A stretch of DNA of 34,770 nt from Callorhinchus milii. Taxonomy: Eukaryota. Shown here piece after piece: positions 22,800 to 34,770 of this stretch (position 1 is the first letter of the stretch; each line of letters opens with the position of its first letter). The stretch lies in contig NW_024705553.1 in the NCBI RefSeq assembly GCF_018977255.1, forward strand, positions 1-34,770, written 5' to 3'. The notes beneath the pieces were generated by a model that saw only the letters and a list, made by a program, of their open reading frames with translations, made no database searches and was not told the DNA's origin. A program made the translations under genes and the position numbers.

Positions 22800-25700
22800 A
22801 TGTCAAAACATCTCAAGAAAAGAATATACCTACGCCATCTTCAGAAGACGAAGAGGACCTTCCTCCGGCGGTGGCGGTCCCGACCATGGAGGGTGCGGGC
22901 GAAGCGGCGGCAAGCGACACGACAGGAATACAAGATGTCGTCGCGGCGGCCAGGCCGTCTGCGTCGACGGGCGCCGAGGACGGCTGGCAGTACGTGGCGG
23001 AACAGCTTGAATCGCTGCGGGCCGTTCTGCAAGATTTTGTCACCCTGGTCGTGCCAGCGACGATGCCGCGACAGCCACGCGTCGGGCCTCCACGCGGGGA
23101 ACCTTCGGATGGGGCCGGGCCATCCGCCATTGGGGCCTCTGCGAGGCTTCCTGCCCTTCCCAACACGCGGCAGGACGCCGCCATCTTGGGTGTGGTCACG
23201 ACTAAACGGCGGGAAGCTGTCATCTTGTCACCGCCACGTGGGGTGCCTGTCTCGGATGATAGCAGCTCGGGGACTCGCAGCCACCGCCTGACGACAATTA
23301 AAGAATTCACAGTTGGAGGAGATTGGAGCGCATTCGCTTGGCGTTTTAAGTCGGCTGTCCGATCCGCCAAGTGGACGGATGCGGAGGCCTTGGAGGTTCT
23401 GCCGACGCTCCTGGACGACAAGTCTTTGAAATGTTTCTGCTCCATCGCGGCCGCGAAGAAGGCAACGCTGAAAGGGGCGTTCGACGAGATGGCGGAAGCG
23501 TACGAGCCTCTGGACGACGCACATCGCAGATTCATCCAGAGGCAATGGGCGCCGGAGGAATCGCCTGTGGCCTTGCGGGGCGCTGTGGTTGAGCTGGCCA
23601 TGGCCGCGTATCCCGAGACCGAGCCCGACTTGTTGGAGCCCTTGATACTGGGTAAGATGTTGGAGCTGTCCAAGGACCTGGGCAATCCACTGCCCATGTG
23701 CGGCCACGAGCAGCTGACCTCCTGGATGGCTGCCAAGTGCCTCGACGCGCAGTTCAACTTGCGCCGTTGGGCGCAGATGACCACCTGGACGGGGAGCCCG
23801 ACCGTGGAGGGTGACGCCGTCGGGTGGACACCGTCGAAGGCCGTCTTCGTCCCGGACGAGAGGGGGCCTAGCAATCTCACTGTGGCGGCGGCCCAGTGGG
23901 TTCCTCGAGGGGGAGCGGTGTCGCGCTCCGGGCCACCGCCGACGGATCGCCGGGACGCCGGGGGAGCCGGGCGGCGGGCCGACTTGGCGTGTTACCGCTG
24001 CGGACGTCTTGGACATGACTGTCGGAGTCGCCCTCGTCCGCCTCTTCGCCCGGAGTCCCCGACCAGGGACGCGCCATCAACGCCGGAGACTCAACCGTGT
24101 CAGGCAAGTCGGTACGCATCAGACACCCGGCAAGGCCTGTCATCTCATTCATCACCGTCGGTATGCGTTCCGGGGGCCTGTTCTAACGGGGGGACTCTAA
24201 GGGATCCGCGTCGCTCGCTGACACAGTGGCGGAAGCTGGCTTGGAGGGTGGTTGCAGCCGCTACTGGGTCGTCAACCATGCCGGGTTCGATACAGGGGAT
24301 TGACGTGCGGATTTTGGTCGATTCGGGCGCGTCCGCCACTATCATCTCGGACGTGATATTCCATTCCTGTCCATTCCGCCGTCGCGGGTACGACCGGTTT
24401 TCGATTCATGTGTTGCTGCTAACGGGGTGAGTATGGGCATCGTGGGTCAGGTGGAGGCACGTATTTCGGTTGGGGATGTGTCGGCTTCGGGAACGGTATT
24501 GATCTCCAGGTCCCTCGCTGTGCCGTGCTTATTGGGGACCGATTTTCTGGCAAAGATGCCCATTCAGATAAGGGTCAATCAGGGTTGTATTGAGTTATCG
24601 GCGGGCCGGAAGATTTTCTTTTTGCTGTCGCCGTGGGGCCGGTCCGCCCTGGACTGCCAGGTGCAGGCGCTGTCCAACGTTTCGGCCGACATTCCGCCTG
24701 GCTCGCAGATGCTCATTCCACTGCGTTATCGGAAGCCTGTTCCTGGGGTTGAGGGGCGGCGGGGGTGTTGTTGTCGCCGTCCAACGCTGTTACTGGTGGC
24801 CTGCCGCTGGTCGCAGCACGGACGATTGTTCCGCCGGGTCAGCTTCCGTTTTTGCAAGTGTTAAATGGAGGTGCGGACAATGTTGTCGTGCCGGCCGGTA
24901 CGGTTCTGGCCCATGCCACAACCGCCTTCATGGCCCATGATGATCCGGCTCACCGGGGCCACGTAGGGGGGGGTTTCGGCCTCAACGTCGCAGGACGATC
25001 GATGGATCGCCGGGTTGTGTTAGGAAAACGCGTCCCTGACTACGTACCAGTGGTCCGCGCTTCGCACGCTGCTGGCAAAATATTCTGACGTCTTTAGCAA
25101 AGACGATTTCGATCTGGAACGCACCTCGCTGCTCTCCCACCACATTGATACCGGGATGCTAGTCCCATTCGGATGAATCCGCATCAGTTGAGCCCGGTGG
25201 AGAGGGAGCATGTACGTGGCGCAGTGGATGATATGCTGGCCGCCGAAATTATCTCTCCGTCCAACAGCCCATGGGGCGCTCCGGTGGTCCTGGTGAAGAA
25301 AAAGGATGGTAATCTGCGATTTTGTGTTGATTTTCGGCAGTTAAACAAGGTGTCGGTTGCGGACGCTTACCCCCTGCCGCGTATGGATGATTCTCTCGAT
25401 GCCTTGTCTGGGGCGAATTTTTGTTCGACTCTTGACCTCTCTTTGGGGTTCTGGCAGCTCCCCCTGGAAGAATCATCGAGGGAAAAGATGGCTTTCCGTG
25501 CGCCGCAGGACCTGTTTCAGTTTAATGGTCTCCCATGGGTTTGAACGCCGCCCCTACCACATGCCAGAGGTTGATGGGACTCGTGTTGACCAGTCTGCAG
25601 TGGGACACATGCCTCATATATTTGGACGACGTTATTGTGTTCAGCCGTACGTTTGAGGAGCATCTTCAGAGATTGGATGCTGTTTTTGCTAGGGTGCTTT

Positions 25701-28150
25701 CCACCAAATTGAAATTTAAGCCCAAGAAGTGTCACCTTTTGCAACGATCCGTGCGCTATTTGGGTCACATTGTCAGCCCTGATGGTGTGGCCACGGATCC
25801 GGAGAAAACGGCGTGCGTTCGGGACTGGCCGACTCCGGCCACGGTGGGAGACATACGTCGCTTTGTCGGGTTCGCTTCCTATTACCGCAGGTTCGTTCCA
25901 AATTTTGCCACGATCGCTAGACTGCTGCACCTCCTTACGGCAAAGAACCGGAGGTTCAGTTGGGGGCCAGCGGAGGAGACGGCGTTTCACGGCCTACGCG
26001 ATCGCTTGGCGTCAGCGCCGACGCTGGACTACCCTGATTTCACTTTGCCCTTTATTCTGGATACCGACGCTAGTGACACGGGGATTGGCACCGTCCTATC
26101 GCAGTTTAAGGGTGGCGTCGAGCGCGTTGTGGCTTACGGGAGCCGTGTTCTCTCTCCGGCAGAGACCCGCTATTGCGTCACCGCCGGGAATTGTTGGCTA
26201 TTGTGCATTTTGTCCGTCAATACCGCCCGTATTTGTATGGCCGCAAATTTATTTTGCGCACAGACCATGCTGCTTTGCAATATTCCCTGAAAGTTGACCA
26301 GCCATCTGGCCAGCTGGTGCGGTGGCTGGAAACTTTGCAGGAGTTCTTGTTTGATGTTCAATACCGTAAGGGTCACGTCACGCTAATGCGGACGCGCTCT
26401 CCCGATTGCCGCAGGGATCCACCTGTGCCTGTGCCTCTGGCACGAATAGGTGCACACGGGTTCTACAGCCCCCACGTCCCGTCATGTCCGCTGTGGAGAT
26501 GCCCGTGGCTTCCACGTGTCCGGAACCGGCCGACGGGGTTTTGAATTTGTCGCGTTCCGTGTGGGTTCGAGAGCAATTGCTCGATGATTCGCTTGGGGCC
26601 TTGCGGAGTCAGGCTGCGAAGTCGAAGGGATATCCGTCGTCTGCTGGGACGCCGGGAGCGGCTCTCCGTGATGGCTTGTTGATGTGGAGAGAAGGCTTGC
26701 ACGATCGTTGGTGCCTTGTTGTGCCATCGTCGTTGCGATACGAGTTGATTCGGATTCTGCACGCTGAGAAGTTGTTACATCTCAGGGTTCAGAAAACCTT
26801 GTTGACGCTGCAGCGTGATTATTTTTGGCATGGCATGACGACTGACGTCGTCGGGCATATTCGGGCGTGCTCCGACTGTGCCGGTGGAAGCCGCCTAAGC
26901 AACCGTACGTTCCCCCAGTGCAGTCGATACAAGTGACGCGGGTTAATGAGTTGGTGGCGTTGGATATTCTGGGGCCCTTTCCCTCGGGGGAACAAATTTT
27001 TGCTGGTCGGGGATGAATATCTTTCATGCTGGCCGATGGCCTGGCCTTTGCCCGACCAGTCGGCGGCGTCTATCACGGATGCATTTCTGGTCGGGTACGT
27101 GATGGATAATGGGGCGCCGGAAAGGCTGCTTACAGACCAAGGGCTAAATTTTTCTTCAAACCTATTGCGGGATGTGTGCGACGCACTGGAGACTAAGAAA
27201 TTTCGGACGTCTCCCTACCATCCACAAACTGATGGGATGGTTGAACGGTTGAACCGGACCCTGTCGGCCATGCTCTGCCATATGGTTAGCGAGAAGCAGG
27301 CCGATTGGGATTTGCATATCCCGGGAGTGCTCTCCGCTTACCGGATGGCACCACATGCGTCGATGGGTATTCACCTTTCTTTTTGATGTACGGTCGCGAG
27401 AATGTGCCGCCTGTGGAGGTGCAATTTGGCACGCGGGCGAAGGGTCCTGTTAAACCCTCCCCGAGTATATTCATGACGCCGCTCGGTGCGCGACAGAGGC
27501 ATGGGAGGCGGCCCGATTGGCTATGGCCAAGACCCAGGCTCGGAACGAACGGTGCGCCCGGTGCTCTCATTGTGAGTCCCCTTGGCGAGTGGGGGACATG
27601 GCCTGGCTCCACTGCCCACAGGTGCCGGTGGGGACCTCCCCTAAGTTGCACAAACCCTGGCAGGGGCCGGTTGTGCTCATTGAAGTCCCTAGCCCGCAGT
27701 CCATGCGTGTTCAGGTGAATCGCGACGTTGGTACGTTCACACGTCCCGATTGAAACCCTACGTGGCCCCGCGTGTGGATGCGTCATCTCCTAACGTTGCC
27801 TTGCTGGTGTCTGTCGCGTCCGACGCGCCACTGCCCTTGCCTGTTCAACCTGCAAGCGCGCCTGTCATGCCTCCTGTAGACGGCCCGGCGGTGATCCTGC
27901 CGGACATATGGATTCCTGCACCGGGTGGGCCTTCCACGGTGACGGGGACACTTGGCCCCGCTGACCCTCCAACCCGCTGCGGTTGCAGTTGCAGGGGGCC
28001 CCGATTACGGACCTCTCTGGGGAACGGGGTGATGAGACGGACAGGCCTCCACCAGCGGCAGATGATTCCGGTTCCGCCGCTCCTAAAACCCTGTCGGGAC
28101 TGCAACATTCTAGGGAGCCGCCTCTCGTGAAGGACGGGCCGGCGACCCGC
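22800..28150 (+). pseudogene. Gypsy B gag-pol with many frameshifts
   Basis: Gag (GDWSAFAWRF, AKWTDAEAL, eroded CYRCGRLGH knuckle) in frame with protease VDSGAS; RT YLDD; RH TDASDTGIG; IN TDQG, PQTDGMVERLNRT. Confidence 0.93.
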
Positions 28151-28285
28151 ACTTCCCTTTCGTTAATTGTGTTGTCGTTGTACTCTCCGTTGTGTTTGGT
28201 GTGATTCCTGATTGTAATGCTGTCACTCGCATTATTTTATCCTATTGCAGCCGGGATGGCTGGCTTTTTCATCAGGGGGGGGTCA

Positions 28286-28796
28286 TGCAATGCGAGCGTA
28301 AATGGGGTTTGCTGCTGGGCTCTGGCCCAATCACACGGCCCGGGGTATTGTGGGGCGGAGCCCGGTATGGGGGGCATGTGGGAGGGGCCGCCGTTCACCT
28401 CGGTTCCAATGGGAAGCGAGGTGAATGGAGGTGGAGCCAGCAGGGCAGTATGGGAAGGCCGGATCTAATGATCCGGAAGGGGAGGAGTCAGGGTCACGTG
28501 GGGGAGAGGATATAAGTTGGAGCCCGGAAGAGATCGGGGGAGTTGCAGGAGTTAAAAGGCTGAGCCACGTTGGGTGGTGAGAGGAGATCCGCGCCATCGG
28601 CCACGTGGCCGAAGGACCTTCAGCACACCGTCGGCCAGCGGTGTGCGGAGTGCGGGAGTGGAGGAGCTAACGGAGGAGCGTGCGTGGGCGCACGCAAGAC
28701 GACGCTGGTCCACGGATAGGACCAGCGGGGTGCGGAGAAAGAACCAAATAAAAGACCAACGGATACCAGCAGTGCCTGACGGAGTCTTTTATTACA
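28286..28796 (+). repeat. Gypsy B 3' LTR
   Basis: Roughly 5% diverged from the 5' LTR by eye; one hybrid copy of the 84-bp unit. Confidence 0.95.
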
Positions 28797-30175
28797 CTTA
28801 GATGGTCACGACGGCTCTGGAAGTACTTTTTTGTACTCCACGCTGCTCTCATTTGTTCTGGAAAAAGTCAAATCGCTCTTCCTTTTGCGACCACTGGAAT
28901 CGCAGCGACTTTACTGAAAGACCTCCTCGACATATCTTCTTCGTCGATGAGACTGAATTCGCCAGAAGGCGAAAACGCTACGTTAAGCTTCGCTCATCAT
29001 CATTGATGAAATTACGATGCTGACAAAGCATAGCCTTCGATGCATCGATCAACTTTTGCGCGACATCATGCAGATTCAACGGCCGTTTGGTGCAAAAGTC
29101 GTCGTAATCGGTGGCGACTTCAGACAGACTTTGCCGGTTGTAGCAAAAGGCATCCGTGTAGATGTAATCGAGTACTGCATCAAATCCAGCGTATTATGGT
29201 AGCGTTTTACCAAATTAACTCTCATGGAAAACCTTTGGCGTGATGGTCAAAATGAGCATAACAATTGGCTGCTGAAAGTTGGATTGGGAACTTTGCCCGA
29301 GATATTTGCAGTTCCGTTAGGTTCCATTGAAATTCCACCTCAAATGATAACGGTTGATGATCTGGTCACCGCAATTTAGGTCAGAACTTGCAACACATGC
29401 CTGTCGAAGAGCTTGCGAAAAGAGCGATTCTGGCACCTACCAACAACGACACTCTCGAAATGAACCGAAACATCATCACACAGCTGTCCAGAGATCTCCG
29501 AATTTATTACAGCTCTGACTCGATCGTGTCGGAAGATCCTGCGGACGCATTGAATTACCCTCCAGAATTTCTCCACGATCAAACGCCTTCAGGAACGCCG
29601 CCACACACATTGGCACTGAAGACAGGCGTTATCATCATGCTGCTGCGAAATCTGAACCAGAGGAATGGTCTTTGCAATGGAACGCGTCTGATGGTCAAAT
29701 CATTACCAAATAACTTCATCACCGCAGAGATTGTATCGGAATGCAACAGAGGCGAAATAGTTTTCATCCCGAGAATCTACCTAGCTCCAAGTGATGTCAC
29801 TTTTCCTTTCGTACTGAAACGATGACAAATTCCGATAATTTCTGCGTATGCGATGAAGATCAACAAGTGCCAGGGTCAGACTTTTGAAAATATGGGCATT
29901 TATTTCAATTTTCCCATGGAAAATACTGATCTAGATCTAAAAATCCTCAGCGGATCAAAGTGTTTATAAAGGATAGTCAACTGCAGGGAAACATTTTGAA
30001 TAGTGATAAGAGATTCACACAAAATATCGTATACCAATAAATCTTCCAAAGTCCTTATTTTTATTTTTTAAGTTAAGAAAATGTATTTACGTGCAACAAT
30101 TCCTGAAAAAATTACAACATGTAAATGTAAATCTTTAATATTACAGCTTCCGTCCTAGGATGGGCAAAAGGCTAG
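28797..30175 (+). mobile_element. Helitron 3' part: Pif1-like helicase pseudogene and 3' terminus
   Basis: ATTGIAA, IIIDEITM, PFGAK...GGDFRQTLPV, RAILAPTN, PPH.L.LK, LLRNL...LCNGTRL, INKCQGQT; hairpin CCGTCCTAGGATGG 30150-30163 then CTAG 30172-30175 followed by T. Confidence 0.9.
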
Positions 30176-30189
30176 TACGTAATAATATG

Positions 30190-30350
30190 CGCGGTTTTTG
30201 CAGTGTCACCAAAGCCATCGATGGTCCCAGCAATCGGGACAAACTCCTTCGACCCTGACGCCTGTATATTAGGAGTTTGCATGTTCTCCGACGGTAGCGT
30301 GCATTTTTCTTCGGGTCCTCCGTTTTTTTTTCGACATTTAGAAACATGTC
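30190..30350 (+). mobile_element. Decayed V-SINE (HE1/DANA-like)
   Basis: GGAGTTTGCATGTTCTCC...TTCGGGTCCTCCGTTTT...ACAT...AAACATG at 30272-30348 matches the V-domain core. Confidence 0.7.
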
Positions 30351-30384
30351 TTTAGAGTAGTCTCCTGATTCCAAGAACACAGGA

Positions 30385-32846
30385 TGAGATGTTACTATCA
30401 TTTGTGCAAGCACTTCCAAGAGTTCATGAACAGTGAGCCTGGTGAAATTTGGGGAGCGCATCGTCAGTAGTGTACCTTTGGTTCCTAGGGTGTTTCGGCC
30501 TTTCACACTATACACCCTCCCCAAAGGCGGCCAGCGACAGGGTGATCAATCCTACGCTTGCGTCCCATTCCCAATTAGTCATAGGAGTTCCTTGTTGTTG
30601 ATAGCCAACATCCCATGGGACTATGCATGGCAGGGGCGTCCTCCTCCCTGAGTCAAGCATTGTTGACCGCATACCTCCTGGCCCTCTCACTTCGGGGCCC
30701 AGCTGGGGTCTTTCCTCTTCATCTAGAGCCACTGACTGCTGCCTTCTGCCGCCTCCGATACAGCTCTGATTGCCGAACGCTGGCTCTGGCCCTTAATTCC
30801 CAGGTCTCTAAGCAGTCTGGTTATAGATGTTGCCACAAAACCTCTGCAGCCCACCTCCACTGGTCGGACTTCTGTGTTTTAGCCATGATGCTGTGCTTGG
30901 GCAGCTAGATCGGCATAGCGCAGATGTTTTCGCTCATAAGCCTCATCTACTGAGTCCTCCCAGGGTACTGTGAGCTCAATGATGAAGACCTTCTTGAGCG
31001 AACGGGACCAGAGCACCATGTCAGGTCTTAGGGTGGTGGTTGCGATCTCCAAGTTGCCGGCCAATGTCAGCTAGCATTTTCCAATCGCGGGCCAAGCGCA
31101 GCTGGTCTCGCTCTAATGGTGTAGAGCCGCTCTTCGGTGGTTTAGCCCCTTCGCGGACAAAGGTCGTCCGTAAGTGGTGTGATGCTGCTGGGGGTGGTAG
31201 GGAGTTTGTGGCACCTCGCTTGTCCTCCAGGGCGGACGCAAGGTTTTTAAGGACTTGGTTGTGACGCCAAGTGTAGCGTCCTTGGGTGAGGCTTGTTTAA
31301 CACCCTGTGAGAATGTGCCTGAGGTTGGCTGGCATGGAACAGAGGGCATAGTCCGGATCTTCACCATACCATTGGTGAAGATTAACTGGTGTTGGAAGGA
31401 CGTCATATGTTGCTCTGATGGAAAAGCTCAACCGCCTCGCTTCCATGGCCCACAGATCCTTCCAGCTGATCTTTCTCTTCTCCACACTGTCCCATCGAGT
31501 CCACTGTCCTGTTTGGCAAGAGAGACTGCCTTGGCCCACCTTGCAGCCTCCTCCTGGTGGCGTACTTCCTGCACTACCATCTTCCACCACTCTGGTACAG
31601 TGGCCTTACTCAAGCAGCACAGCGAGTTAGCCCAAGGCCTCCTCTCCCTTGCTGAACATGACCACAATGTCAGCATGTCTGAGGGCTGCTGTTGCCTCCT
31701 GGACTGCTTTTCCTGGCCTCCATTTGCGCCCAGTTGCCAAGGTCGGCGCGTTGTTGCTCACCACTGGGTCTCGAGATTCATTCAGTGTCATCTGGAGCCT
31801 GGTTTTTGCACACTTGAATTCCTCTGTTAGACTGGTGAGGGGCAGCTTGAGGACACCATCTCCATAGAGGCCTATGGTGGTAAGGCATCGTGGAACTCCG
31901 AGCAACTTCTTTAAGTAGCCTGTGACTCCTCTTTCCATCTTCTCCACTGTTGAGATTGGAACCTCATACACTGCTAGGGGCCACAACACCCGGGGTAGGA
32001 GACCAAACTGCAGACACCAGGCCTTTAACTTTCCAGGTAGCTGGGTGTTGTCGATGGACTGTAGGCTACTACTGATGTATTTGCGCAGCTGTTGCACCTG
32101 GTATTTGTCCTTCAGGCTTGCATCATACCACTTTCCAAGGCTTTTTACTGGCTGCTCAGACACTATTGGGATTTGGTCATCTCCGATGTAGAATTTCAGG
32201 TCAGAGAGTACTCCCTTCACAATCGAGATGCTGCGTGACTTGGATGGTTTAATCTTCATACGGGCCCAGCTGATGTTCTCCTCGAATTTTCTGAGCAGTC
32301 TCCTGGTGCATGGGACAGTGGTGGTCAATGTTGTAATGTCGTCCATGTAGGCTCTGAGTGGAGGGAGGCGGAAACCAGAGTCGACTCGCTGTCCACCAGC
32401 AACCCATTTTGAGGATCTGATGATAACCTCCATTGCCATTATGAATGCCAACGGAGAAATGGTACATCCCGCCATTATACATACATTCAGGCACTGCCAT
32501 GAGGTGGTGAACTCTGAGGTGGTGAAGCAGAACTGCAGATCCTGGAAGTACGACTTCACCAGGGTTGTGATGGTGTCCGGTATGTGGAAAAATCTGAAGG
32601 CAGACCACAGGAGTTCATGGGGCACAGAGCCAAATGCATTGGCGAGGTCGAGGAAGACTACATGGAGGTCCTTTTTTCCACCTTGGCCATTTGGATCTGG
32701 TGCCAGATCATGCTGGAATGTTCCAAGCAGCCAGAGAACCCTGATATTCCTGCCTTCTGTACAGATGTATCGACGTACGCATTCCTTTGCAGGTACTCGG
32801 CCATCCTCTGGGCAATGACCCTAAAGAAGATTTTACCCTCGACATT
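30385..32846 (-). mobile_element. 5'-truncated HERO-clade (R2 group, RLE) non-LTR retrotransposon
   Basis: NVEGKIF, FLDLANAFGSVPH, IMAGCTISPLAF, RAYMDD, zinc-finger remnant LC...RHILTGC, RLE LRPDMVLWS...IIELTVPWE...RK..RY; ORF stop at 30687. 3' end approximate. Confidence 0.88.
30448..30525 (-). ncRNA. Putative non-circularly permuted (pseudoknotted) hammerhead ribozyme in HERO 3' UTR
   Basis: Minus strand tttgggg-AGGGTGT-A-TAGTGT-gaaaggcc-GAA-ACACCCT-aggaaccaaaggt-ACACTA-CTGACGA-tgcgc-tccccaaa: both core boxes, GUA triplet, perfect helices III and I. Confidence 0.7.
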
Positions 32847-32939
32847 TCCACATAAGTCTCTTCTCTCAGCTATTATTTGTGGCCATATCGCTTCTGAAAA
32901 AGCGCTATATAGCTCAGTGGGCCTTACCTGGTAAAAAGA

Positions 32940-33629
32940 AATCGTGTAGTGTACTGATCAAAGAGAGGAAAGGCGTTAATGTTCGTAAAAGGGAGCATTT
33001 TGAAGACTTTCTCAGTGGAGACTTTGTTGTTACTTAAGTGTTCTGAGCTCCATCTCACAAGACCCAGTTAGGGATGAGCTCGAAATTTCTACAACTTTTG
33101 ACGAGGCGAGGAAACCATAAAGCAGATGATGATCAAAAATGAGTCTATTGTGGATGGAATTCCCATTTAAATCTTAAGCAGTGAATAGAGAAACTCACGT
33201 TCACAGCTCTACGCCCTCATTTCGAGGTTCTGGCAAGACGAGGATACCAAACTGCCTCAGGGGTACCATGATCGTGACAACCCTCAAGAAAGGAGAAGTC
33301 CGACTTTGAAAATTACATAAGGGATTTTTGTTGTTGTCAATCGCAGGAAAGATCATTGTGATAACCCTCCTGAACCATCTTCTTCCACTTGCTGAAGAGA
33401 TCCTCCAGAATCTGTGTGGGTTTAGGCAATCAAGAGTATAACTGGCATGATTTTTACTGCTTGCCAGCTGCATGGAAAATGTCGGGAAAAACTTGCCTCT
33501 CTGCATGGCCTCATTTGATCTCACAAAAGCCTTTGACTATCAACTAAAAAGCGCCGTGGATGATCCTTCCGGAGAATGGATGTCCATAAACATGTCATCA
33601 TTTTTGCTTGCTCCGTGATGATTCTAAGC
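32940..33629 (+). mobile_element. Decayed RTE-clade LINE RT fragment
   Basis: EHFEDFL, VDGIP, LLSIAGKII...LLNHLLPLAEEIL...CGFR, FDLTKAFD; cut at 33630 by the hAT. Confidence 0.8.
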
Positions 33630-34770
33630 AAGTGGTTCTTAACCTGGGTTCGATCGAACCCCAGGGGTTCGGTGAGTCAGTCTCAGGGTTCGGCGGAGGT
33701 TAAGACACACACAACTCATATGATTCGTGATGACACGTCCGGCTTGGCCATCATTGGCTGCAAGTGATCACGCTACATCGCTTGGCCTATCTGTGCTGCA
33801 GGGAATTTGGTGTGCTCGGTAGTCGACTTGTGACTGTCGTGATGGTACGTCGTGTGATTCTTTCTTAATATTTTAATCCCTTCATACTAACTATGTCGAG
33901 CAAAAAAAGAAAGTGGTCGGACGAATATATACAATATGGATTCACATGTATAACGGAACGTGATGGGAGTCAGCGTTTTAACTGCATGATTTGCAATGCC
34001 AAGTTGAGCAATTCTAGTCTAGCACCGGCAAAACTAAGGGAAAACTTCCTTAAGCTGCATGGAGATGGGGAATACAAGAACACAACGCTCGCTGAATTCA
34101 AGGTGAAGAGAGCCAGATTCGATGAGAAGGCTACTCTGCCTGTTCTCGGCTTTGTACCCTTCAATAAAACCGATCCTCACAGCATCGTACGAAGTTGCTT
34201 ACCTGATCGCAAAGCAGGGCAAACCACACACCATTGGTGAAACACTCATGAACCAGCTGTGTTGAAGATGGCAAATATCATGCTGGGAAAAGCGGCTGAA
34301 GTTAAGTTATCCAAATTCCTCTTTTAAATGACACCATCAGCGACAGAATAGAGGATATGAGCAAAGACATCTTTGCTCAAGTAGTTGCTGATCTGATTTC
34401 AAGCCCGGCAAAATTCAGCCTCCAACTCGACGAGACCACAGACGTTTCCAATCTAAGCCAGCTTGCTGTATTCGTGCGCTATGTGAAAGACGACGTGATA
34501 AAGGAAGATGTTTTATTTTGTAAGCCTCTTACAACAACAACTAAGGCAGCCAATGTGAAGAAACTTGTGGATGACTTCTTCAAAGACAACAATCTTTTGT
34601 GGATATGGTTTCTGCAGTTTGTTCGGACGGAGCTCCAGTCATGCTGGGAAGTCTGGTTTGGTGCGCTAGTGAAAGCTGATGCACCACACATCATTGTTAC
34701 GCATTGTATTCTGCACAGGCATGCGTTGGCAACAAAAACCTTGCCTCCAAAACTGATAGAAGTGTAATGC
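33630..34770 (+). mobile_element. Buster/Charlie-type hAT transposon copy 2, pseudogenised, runs to window end
   Basis: TIR AAGTGGTTCTTAACC (first base C to A), flank TTCTAAGC fits nnnTAnnn; ORFs 33893-34240 (BED finger) and 34357-34767 (DETTD, HCILHRHAL); highly similar to 18009-19493. Confidence 0.93.

Larger units (their letters stand above)
22185..28796 (+). mobile_element. Full-length Ty3/Gypsy LTR retrotransposon (Gypsy B, older, pseudogenised)
   Basis: LTRs 22185-22780 and 28286-28796, 4-bp TSD CTTA (22181-22184, 28797-28800), PBS-like TGGGGTCAGAAGT, G-rich PPT near 28274-28282. Confidence 0.97.

Noticed and set aside
22813..24016. Long antisense ORFs in Gypsy B, and 15299-16024 and 16486-17091 in Gypsy A
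   Set aside because: Expected shadows of GC-rich coding sequence; no recognisable motifs.
29017..29825. Host PIF1 helicase gene
   Set aside because: Intronless, with stops and frameshifts, and followed by a Helitron hairpin-CTAG terminus.
33893..34767. Domesticated host gene such as ZBED8 or ZBED5
   Set aside because: Has a TIR, frameshifts and a second near-identical copy, so it is a transposon copy.

Overview
Eukaryotic, almost entirely transposon-derived 34.8 kb window with no recognisable intact host gene. The element mix (Chapaev3, V-SINE, HERO, Buster-type hAT, GC-rich Gypsy) suggests an aquatic vertebrate, possibly lamprey; this is an inference. Left to right: 3' end of a Chapaev3-like DNA transposon split by a 5'-truncated Penelope-like element (PLE); decayed repeats, a 14-bp minisatellite and a fold-back MITE; a decayed LINE carrying an inverted-pLTR non-autonomous PLE; a young full-length Gypsy LTR retrotransposon (11143-18008); a truncated Buster hAT; a solo pLTR; a second PLE and an older Gypsy (22185-28796), both inserted in a Helitron; a V-SINE; a HERO-clade RLE retrotransposon; an RTE fragment; and a second Buster copy. 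The most notable signals are RNA structures: minimal type-I hammerhead ribozymes in the PLE pLTRs and, in the HERO 3' UTR (minus strand, 30448-30525), a complete hammerhead core whose strands are in a non-circularly permuted (pseudoknotted) order. Family names come from recalled protein and DNA motifs, not database searches.
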